Below, one piece after another: positions 1 through 6,678 of a DNA stretch of 25,841 nucleotides. The position numbers and the translations under genes were made by a program. The notes beneath the pieces were generated by a model. The model did not search any database, was not told where the DNA came from, and worked only from the letters and a program-made list of their open reading frames with translations. The stretch's first letter is position 1, and every line of letters starts with the position of its first letter. Source of the stretch: an uncultured Methanosarcinales archaeon (GTDB taxonomy: Archaea; Nanobdellota; Nanobdellia; Woesearchaeales; CAZOXR01). The stretch spans positions 1 through 25,841 of the forward strand of contig CAZOXR010000002.1 of the NCBI GenBank assembly GCA_964583885.1, given 5' to 3'.

Positions 1-2
1 TA

Positions 3-638
3 TGCAATGGAACCCCTTATCTTCTTTGCCTTAATGTTGCAGTAACTGAGTGTGCAGATAACGATCTTTGCTGTCCATCTGCCTGTGTTTATGACACTGA
101 TAAGGATTGTGAAAAACCAATTATTTGTGGTGATAATAGCTGTGAAGCAAATGAAACAAGTGAGAATTGTTGCAATGATTGTGGTTGTGCAGATGGTTAT
201 GAATGTGTTGAAGATAGTTGCCAGAAAACAAAGGAAGCTATTGCTAAAGAAAGTTTAGAAGTGAATGAAGATTTTAAGAAGAATGAAGATGAATTAATTA
301 TCAAAGGATTTAGCTTGAAAGAAAGCTTATTTTCAAAAACAGCAACAGGGTTTAATTTTGAATATGTTTATGTTAATGGGGATAAAGAGAGAGCAATAAA
401 GGGGGTGATGGATAACCAAAATAATGTTAAGTATATTGGTATTGAAGGAGGAGCACCTGTTTTGCTGTATATTGTTATTATTGTTTTGGTATTTTTGATA
501 ACTATTGTTGGTTTATCACATTATAGGAATATCAGGCATAAAAAAGAAGAGAAAAAAGAAAAGGAGAAAGAAACATATTATGCAAAGTTATTGCAACAAA
601 GAGCTCAGAAACCTAAAGGACCATTTTACCGAAGATGA
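3..638 (+). CDS. 3' part of a Cys-rich, C-terminally membrane-anchored surface protein (5' end outside window)
   Basis: Frame 3 is open from the window edge: CNGTPYLLCLNVAVTECADNDLCCPSACVYDTDKDCEKPIICGDNSCEANETSENCCNDCGCADGYECVEDSC (15 Cys in 73 aa). It runs without a stop into the track ORF 261..638 (GTG is internal), then a TM helix (LLYIVIIVLVFLITIVGL) and a basic tail. Confidence 0.85.
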   Translation, partial: CNGTPYLLCLNVAVTECADNDLCCPSACVYDTDKDCEKPIICGDNSCEANETSENCCNDCGCADGYECVEDSCQKTKEAIAKESLEVNEDFKKNEDELIIKGFSLKESLFSKTATGFNFEYVYVNGDKERAIKGVMDNQNNVKYIGIEGGAPVLLYIVIIVLVFLITIVGLSHYRNIRHKKEEKKEKEKETYYAKLLQQRAQKPKGPFYRR

Positions 639-1263
639 TTGTACCTAATCTTACCATATTTGCACCTTCTTCTATGGCTATTTTATAGCTGTGAGACATT
701 CCCATTGAAAGAATTTTCATTTCAATATTTTTTATTTTTAATGTTTTTATTTCTTCAAATAATGCTTTCATTTCTTTGAAATAAGACCTTGTTTTTTCTG
801 CATCTTTAAAATAAGGGGCCATTGTCATAAGGCCTTTTATTCTTATGTTGTTTAGTTTTGATACATCTTTTACTAGTTCTATTGCTTTTTCTGGCATAAC
901 CCCTGTTTTGTTGGGTTCTTTTCCTATGTTAATTTCTATTAGTACCTCAATTTGTTTTTCTGCTTCCTTATCTATCTCTTTGGCTAGTTTTAATGAGTCT
1001 ATTGTTTGAATCATGTCAAAGATTTTTAATGCTCTTTTTACTTTATTTGTCTGTAGATGCCCAATTAGATGGAATTTTACTTTGCCTTTCAGTTCTCGGT
1101 ATTTGGTTTCTGCCTCCTGTGCATAATTTTCTCCAATGATGTCTATGCCTGCATCTATTGCTTGTTTGATATCATCTATTGCTCTTGTTTTTGTTGCTGC
1201 TATTAATGTTACATCAGAAGGAATTTTTGCTCTCATCTTTTCTATATTTTCTTTTATGCTCAT
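613..1263 (-). CDS. yggS: YggS/PLPBP family pyridoxal-5'-phosphate-binding protein
   Basis: Family motifs LIAATKT (PLP lysine), GENYAQE, HLIGHLQTNK, GLMTM, LSMGMS, MVRLGTIIFG. Confidence 0.95.
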   Translation of the reverse strand: MSIKENIEKMRAKIPSDVTLIAATKTRAIDDIKQAIDAGIDIIGENYAQEAETKYRELKGKVKFHLIGHLQTNKVKRALKIFDMIQTIDSLKLAKEIDKEAEKQIEVLIEINIGKEPNKTGVMPEKAIELVKDVSKLNNIRIKGLMTMAPYFKDAEKTRSYFKEMKALFEEIKTLKIKNIEMKILSMGMSHSYKIAIEEGANMVRLGTIIFGKMVL

Positions 1264-2237
1264 TTTTTTAGATTTTCTAGTTCTTCTTTATCAATACTAT
1301 CCAATCTTGCTCCTATCTGCTCAACAACTTTTGCAGCATAGTAACTTCCAATTTTTCCTGCAATCTTTAAATCATGGCCTTTTGATATGCCATAAAGAAC
1401 TCCTGCTGCAAACATATCACCAGCGCCAGTTGTGTCTATCGCATTTGCCTTATACCCTGTAATTTCATGTATTGTATTGCCTTGCTTGATAAATGAGCCT
1501 TTTTTGCCAATCTTGACTATTACTGTTTCTGTTAATTTTGAAATTTCATTTAATGCTTCTAATGGCTCTAATCCTGTAAGTGCTTTTGCTTCGTCTTCAT
1601 TTGCAAAAACAATATCTGCGTATTCTTTTAACATCTGCCCGATATCTGACTTATTTCTGGAAACTATTCCTGGGTCACCCAAATCAATGCTGATTTTTAT
1701 GTTGTTTTTTTTGGCAAATTGCATTGCATGCAGTGAAACATCTCTTAGATTTTTATCTTCTAATTGATAGCCTTCAATATGCAGGATTCTGCTTTGCTTT
1801 AAATCCTCAAAAAAAACATCCTCTTTCTTTAGATGCATTGCAGCTCCAAGATGAACAGCGAAAGTTCTTTCAGAATCTGGAGTTATGAATGTTATGGCAT
1901 GACCTGTTATTTTTTCTGAACGCTCTATTTTATGCTTTACTCCGCTATTAAGCATTTTTTCTTCGTATATATCACCATGCTTGTCTTTGCCTACTTTGCC
2001 GCAGAAAACTACTTTGCTTCCGAGCAATGCTGTTCCATAAAGTGTATTGGCTGAGGAACCGCCCGGAGCTGTTTTTACTTTGTAATTTTCAAGTTTTTTT
2101 AGTAATTTCTTTGAATGTTCTTCATCAATTAAGTGGAATTGCCCTTTTTTTAGATTAATTTCTAATAATTCATTATGCTCTACTTCTATAAGAAAATCCA
2201 TTAATGCAGAGCCTATACCAAATATATCATATTTCAT
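1260..2237 (-). CDS. PfkB/ribokinase-family kinase, adenosine-kinase-like
   Basis: GIGSALMD N-terminus, PGGSSANT, GKVGKDKHG, ERTF, FANEDEA, anion hole DTTGAGDMFAAG; 4-bp overlap with the yggS start. Confidence 0.9.
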   Translation of the reverse strand: MKYDIFGIGSALMDFLIEVEHNELLEINLKKGQFHLIDEEHSKKLLKKLENYKVKTAPGGSSANTLYGTALLGSKVVFCGKVGKDKHGDIYEEKMLNSGVKHKIERSEKITGHAITFITPDSERTFAVHLGAAMHLKKEDVFFEDLKQSRILHIEGYQLEDKNLRDVSLHAMQFAKKNNIKISIDLGDPGIVSRNKSDIGQMLKEYADIVFANEDEAKALTGLEPLEALNEISKLTETVIVKIGKKGSFIKQGNTIHEITGYKANAIDTTGAGDMFAAGVLYGISKGHDLKIAGKIGSYYAAKVVEQIGARLDSIDKEELENLKK

Positions 2238-2257
2238 ATTAGAAATATTGAAAAAAG

Positions 2258-2280
2258 GAGTATATATAAAACTTATTCTT
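2258..2280 (-). promoter_or_regulatory. Putative archaeal TATA-box promoter for pfkB-yggS (leaderless transcript)
   Basis: Minus strand AAGAATAAG-TTTTATATATA, with the TATA element ending ~24 nt upstream of the ATG at 2237. Confidence 0.5.
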
Positions 2281-3245
2281 TAATTCTTCCAGTTCCAAAC
2301 CCTGTTGAATTCCTCCAGAAATTTATTTGCTATGCCTTTATCATGTATTATCAATAGGTTCTCATCATTTTTGTAATTGCCAGAGCCAGTTGGATTGTAA
2401 GAGCCAGTTATGACAACTTCACCATCAATAATAAACACTTTGTGGTGCATATTATACTTGTTACTGTCTTTTTTAACATCTAAGCCAAAACCATTGAGTC
2501 TATGGTATTGCGAGTACTGGCTTCCTGCCTGTGTTGTTTCAAAAACACCTTTGATTTCAATATCATCCTTAAACAGTATAGCATCTGCTATATCTTCATC
2601 TGTAAATGAGAATGTCATAAAATAAATACTATTTTTTGCTTTTCTTATCTCATTTATTACATGTTGCTGGCAATTATCTTCTGGACAGAAATAGTTTTCA
2701 ATTTTTATGTGGTTATAATATATAATTGGGGTTTCTATTTTATTGCCTTCTCCATATATTTCATTCCATAACTCATCAAATTCATCTTCATAGTTCTTTG
2801 CCAGTAGTTTTGAATGAATAATTAAGAGGTTGTTATTATTTTTATAAGCCCCTCTTTCTGTGGGGTTAAAGCTTCCTGTGCTTATCTTTTCTCTATCAAT
2901 TATGCAGAACTTGTTATGGGTCAGCTGGCTGGTACCATCTTGTTTCACACCTGGGCCTGTTATTTCACCATAATTATTATTATCCACAACAAGCTTGACG
3001 TCTACATCACTGCTCTTTTTTCCTAAAGTGTTTATAACCTCTTTTAAGTCAATATCAAATAAAGCGCAATGCGCTGAGGTTTGCGCTGAGCTGACGAAAT
3101 CAGTTAATATTTTGTTGCAATCATCTGTTGGGCAGAAATAAATATCTATTGGCTTGTTGGATTCTTTTGGTATTTCTTTTGTTGTTTGGCCTGTAATGCT
3201 GCAGGCAGTTAAAAAGAGAAATAGTATTAGGAATACTTTCTTCAT
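2280..3245 (-). CDS. Phospholipase D superfamily protein (two HKD motifs), probable lipoprotein
   Basis: HNKFCIID...TGSFN and HHKVFIID...TGSYN; N-terminal signal with lipobox-like LTAC. Confidence 0.9.
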   Translation of the reverse strand: MKKVFLILFLFLTACSITGQTTKEIPKESNKPIDIYFCPTDDCNKILTDFVSSAQTSAHCALFDIDLKEVINTLGKKSSDVDVKLVVDNNNYGEITGPGVKQDGTSQLTHNKFCIIDREKISTGSFNPTERGAYKNNNNLLIIHSKLLAKNYEDEFDELWNEIYGEGNKIETPIIYYNHIKIENYFCPEDNCQQHVINEIRKAKNSIYFMTFSFTDEDIADAILFKDDIEIKGVFETTQAGSQYSQYHRLNGFGLDVKKDSNKYNMHHKVFIIDGEVVITGSYNPTGSGNYKNDENLLIIHDKGIANKFLEEFNRVWNWKN

Positions 3246-3832
3246 TTTTTATTTAATATTTCTTTCATCTGTTCACCACTTCTCAACAAACTAAACTTTG
3301 TTTCAGGGTATTTCTGCTCAAGTGTATCAAGCATTTTTTTGATATCATTATTCTTCTTATTCTCCTTAAAATCAATCTTATTTATTTTTGCAAATAATCC
3401 TGCTTCTTTATCTGTTATAGTTACCAATAATCTGATATATTTCTTGTTTAATCTCTTATTTTTTTTAGCGAAGAGATTATCAAGGAAAAGATTTGCTTCA
3501 TCGTCTAATGTCCATAGAATAACAACCTTATTGATTCTATCTTTTTTGAGCTTGTTTTTAACTGCTTTTTTTGATAAATCCCTAATATCCATATTTTTTA
3601 AGGATATCTTGGCTGGCAGCTCTTTTATTATGCCTTTTACAAGAAAAAAGCTTAGATTGTCAATAATTAATATTCTATCATTTTTTCTGAAGATTTTATT
3701 GATTCTGATGTATTTTCTTACTCTTTTCTCAATTATTTTGGCAAAGCAGCTATCGCAGACATCTTTTATATGGGGCAAATTAACTAATACATTGCTTTTC
3801 TTGCATTTTATACATGTTTTTTTTGTCACCAT
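3242..3832 (-). CDS. Degenerate TtuA/Ncs6(Ctu1)-like protein with N-terminal CxxC...CxxC Zn site and no PP-loop
   Basis: CIKC...CDSC then FAKIIEKRVRKYIRINKIFRKNDRILI, resembling TtuA/Ncs6 N-termini, but SGGKDS is absent; 4-bp overlap with the PLD start. Confidence 0.6.
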   Translation of the reverse strand: MVTKKTCIKCKKSNVLVNLPHIKDVCDSCFAKIIEKRVRKYIRINKIFRKNDRILIIDNLSFFLVKGIIKELPAKISLKNMDIRDLSKKAVKNKLKKDRINKVVILWTLDDEANLFLDNLFAKKNKRLNKKYIRLLVTITDKEAGLFAKINKIDFKENKKNNDIKKMLDTLEQKYPETKFSLLRSGEQMKEILNKK

Positions 3833-3959
3833 TTTGTTACTACTTTAAAATGCTCTTGCTTACGAAACATTTATATATCTCTTTGTATCTATTCATGCGT
3901 GAAGATATAAACTATCTTAGCTTAGCTAGGGTAGGGTTATTATCTATCACCTCTTTTTT

Positions 3960-3992
3960 CCCAGCAGGACACTCTTGAGTGTTCTAGCTGGG
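3960..3992. other. Intergenic stem-loop
   Basis: CCCAGC-AGGACACT-cttg-AGTGTTCT-a-GCTGGG: 14-bp stem with one G-U pair and one bulge, in the 178-nt gap 3833..4010. Confidence 0.55.
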
Positions 3993-4010
3993 TTTATAAT
4001 CCTATAATCA

Positions 4011-5090
4011 TTATTTTTTCTTCTTGGCTTTACTTTTCCTACTTTTTTTGGATAATCTTCCAGTTAAGAACCCCAATAATAGACCTATGCTAAATAATAT
4101 TACTGCTTTTACTATTATCTCTTTATTTGTCTTTTTTTCTATGATGATGTGGGGCTTTTCTTTGAAATACATGTCTAGGTTGCTGAGTTCTAGAGCATAT
4201 TCCAGATAAAGCAAAGTAGAATATTTATCAGATTCTTTTAGTGAATCAGCATACTCATAGTAACTATAACCTAAAACAGGAAAGATGTCTTTTTTTTGCT
4301 GCTTAGCAAGATTTCTTTTTATTATCTTTAGTTTCTCTTCAATTAAAATATCAATCTGGTCTTCTCCAATACCAACAAGATTGAGTATGGAATCTGCTTC
4401 TGCTTTTGTTTTGCTTGCTTTAAACAGGCAAAGCTCATAATTGCTATTATAAAAATCTTCATAAGCCAGATTAAGCTCTTTTTTTATACTTTCAATATTT
4501 AGTATAGATAAATCAAGATATTGATATCTTTCTTCTGCTTCTGATAATTTGTCCTGGCAGGATTTTTTTAGAATTTCTTTATTCATGTTAAATTCTTTGC
4601 CTCTATGATCAAAGAACGCAAGCCAGAGGTATGCTGAATAGACCCTTTCTGCAGCATATACTAAATCATTAATATCTGTTTCATTTAAATTTTCTTCAGC
4701 TTTTTCAAGATAATCTTCAGCTTCTATAATCCTCTCCTTTACTATAACATATGCTTCAAGGTCAGTTATTGTTTTGATTTCTTTTCTGCTTATTGCCTTA
4801 TTCAATTCATCAATATTCCCTCTTGCTATCGAGATTCTTGTTTCTTTATTATTCTTTGATAAATTTTGAAGCATATTCAAAACATAGCTAAATTTTGTAT
4901 TTGCCCCAAAAAAATAGCTTGCAGAAGAATAATGTCTTTTTTCCTTGAATACTTCTTCTCCTTTTTTTGTAAGATTAATAGCTGTTTTTTCTATTTCTTT
5001 TAATTCTTCATTTTCTTCTTCTTTGATTAATGAAATACTTTTTTGCAATTTGTTGCTTCTTTTATAAAGATCAATTGCCAATTCCTTCAT
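4011..5090 (-). CDS. C-terminal part (helical region plus C-terminal TM anchor) of an interrupted Lon-like S16 surface protease
   Basis: In frame with 5118..5780: ...YSE*VIDQKYLETMKELA...; helical region, TM (IIVKAVILFSIGLLLGFLTG) and a Lys-rich stop-transfer tail. Confidence 0.75.
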   Translation of the reverse strand: MKELAIDLYKRSNKLQKSISLIKEEENEELKEIEKTAINLTKKGEEVFKEKRHYSSASYFFGANTKFSYVLNMLQNLSKNNKETRISIARGNIDELNKAISRKEIKTITDLEAYVIVKERIIEAEDYLEKAEENLNETDINDLVYAAERVYSAYLWLAFFDHRGKEFNMNKEILKKSCQDKLSEAEERYQYLDLSILNIESIKKELNLAYEDFYNSNYELCLFKASKTKAEADSILNLVGIGEDQIDILIEEKLKIIKRNLAKQQKKDIFPVLGYSYYEYADSLKESDKYSTLLYLEYALELSNLDMYFKEKPHIIIEKKTNKEIIVKAVILFSIGLLLGFLTGRLSKKSRKSKAKKKK

Positions 5091-5117
5091 TGTTTCTAAG
5101 TATTTTTGGTCTATTAC

Positions 5118-5780
5118 TTACTCGCTGTACTCCCTTTCTATTCTTTTTCCTGTGAACTCGTAAATAACGCTATTAAGGTTAGAAACTTCTTTTATTTCAA
5201 TTCCTAGCTCTTTTCCATACTCAAAGATATCTGTTTTATTTGTAGAGTTTGTTATATTTAAGAAATCCTCATCAGAAAACCTCTCTCCAATAGGTATAAG
5301 AACTTTTTTTATGTTTTGCTTTTTTGCAGCATCTATCTTAGCTTTTAAGCCGCCAATTGGCCCAACTAGGCCGCCAGAATTGATTGTTCCTGTTATTGTA
5401 ACATTTTCATCCAGAGCAATATCTTTTAACATTGCTATTGTTAATGCTGAGACTGCTGCTCCTGCTGATGGCCCTCCAATAATTGCTGATTCTGCTGTTA
5501 TTTTATAGATAAAATCAAAGTTATCACAGTTTATATCCAAATAATCACACGCAACCTGTTTTGCGAATCTTGTAGACATCTGTGTGTCTATTTTTGTCAG
5601 TGGAAAGATTTCAATAAAGACTCTGCCAGAACCAGGCTGTATTTCCAGATAAAGATCTGCAGGGCTTCCTTCATACACTCCATTTGCCTCTTTAACTGCC
5701 AATAGTTTTAGATGCCCTTGCTTTGCTGCTGCTAAAGGTATTATCAGCAATAAGATTATCAGCAGGATTGTTTTTTTCAT
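5118..5780 (-). CDS. Secreted Lon-type (MEROPS S16) protease domain without AAA+ module; N-terminal part of an interrupted ~589-codon gene
   Basis: Signal peptide MKKTILLIILLLIIPLAAA; GPSAG serine and GGLKAK lysine 43 residues apart, as in E. coli Lon S679/K722; TGTI...G.VGPIGG motif. Confidence 0.85.
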   Translation of the reverse strand: MKKTILLIILLLIIPLAAAKQGHLKLLAVKEANGVYEGSPADLYLEIQPGSGRVFIEIFPLTKIDTQMSTRFAKQVACDYLDINCDNFDFIYKITAESAIIGGPSAGAAVSALTIAMLKDIALDENVTITGTINSGGLVGPIGGLKAKIDAAKKQNIKKVLIPIGERFSDEDFLNITNSTNKTDIFEYGKELGIEIKEVSNLNSVIYEFTGKRIEREYSE

Positions 5781-5799
5781 TTGGTATGTGGAGAAATTA

Positions 5800-5820
5800 C
5801 TGATATTTAATCTTTATGAT
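5800..5820 (-). promoter_or_regulatory. Putative TATA box for the Lon-like gene
   Basis: Minus strand CATAAAG-ATTAAATA about 24 nt upstream of ATG 5780. Confidence 0.35.
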
Positions 5821-5870
5821 TTTAAAATTTAGTAGAATAATCTATTTTATGGACCTTAATTCTTTGTTTT

Positions 5871-6677
5871 CTATTTATTTATACCATCATCTTCTCTGAA
5901 ATTGCCTCTGTTTATCTCCTGTTTAGGTGTTTTTCCAAATAATCCTTTTAGCATGGTCTTAAGTCTTGGGTCTTTGTATTCTTCTCCGATTAAAGCAGCA
6001 GCCAGTTTTTTGTACTCAACAGTCGCATCCGATTGTTTATGTAAAGTACTTGGAATATTTTTTGATAATGCTTCTAAGATATTTACTTCATGAGGAAGAA
6101 CAGCCAAAACATTACAATCAGCAGCTTTTTCTATTTCATCTAAACTTAATTCAAAATTTTTGTTATATACTTTATTGAGAATTAAGCCTGTTATGTTTGT
6201 TTTTCTTTGCTTAGCCAGTTTAACAGCCCTTAGGGTTGTGCTTAATGTAACATGGTCTGGAGTTGTAACAACAAACAACTCATCACTTGCTATCATTGTT
6301 GCCAAAATTTCCTCATTTAATGTTGGCGAAGAGTCTATTAAGACAACATCATAGTCATCTTTTAATTGTTGTATTTTATATTTCAATCTATGAGGATTTA
6401 TCTTTTTATAGAGCAATGCTCCAGGCATTATGTGAAAACCATGTTCTGTTTCATAAATAGCTTCATTAGCATTGGCTCTGTTGTTTAAAACATGATGCAA
6501 AGTAACCTCAGGATTTACAAAACCCAAATGTAGGGCTAAGTTTGGAGCAGAAAAATTAGCGTCTATTAGTAAAACTTTTTGTTTGAATTCATTAGCTAAT
6601 GCAGCACCTAGCGCAGTTACAGTAGAAGTTTTTCCAACCCCTCCTTTTATAGAGATTATCCCAATAGTTTTTCCCAT
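5871..6677 (-). CDS. minD: MinD/ParA-family ATPase (MinD-like)
   Basis: Deviant Walker A KGGVGKT, LLIDANFSAPNL, VLIDSSP, VVTTPD, ILNKV; near-C-terminal amphipathic segment LKTMLKGLFGK resembling a membrane-targeting sequence. Confidence 0.85.
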   Translation of the reverse strand: MGKTIGIISIKGGVGKTSTVTALGAALANEFKQKVLLIDANFSAPNLALHLGFVNPEVTLHHVLNNRANANEAIYETEHGFHIMPGALLYKKINPHRLKYKIQQLKDDYDVVLIDSSPTLNEEILATMIASDELFVVTTPDHVTLSTTLRAVKLAKQRKTNITGLILNKVYNKNFELSLDEIEKAADCNVLAVLPHEVNILEALSKNIPSTLHKQSDATVEYKKLAAALIGEEYKDPRLKTMLKGLFGKTPKQEINRGNFREDDGINK

Positions 6678-6678
6678 T

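Noticed and set aside
52-258. 68-aa plus-strand ORF in the track
   Set aside because: Alternative-frame shadow of the Cys-rich gene read in frame 3.
5118-5120. TAA recoding or an alternative genetic code explaining the in-frame stops
   Set aside because: TAA is the evident true terminator of other genes here (giant gene at 6679, KaiC at 24616).
1136-6354. Remaining short plus-strand ORFs overlapping minus-strand genes
   Set aside because: Antisense to well-supported genes, with no recognisable motifs.
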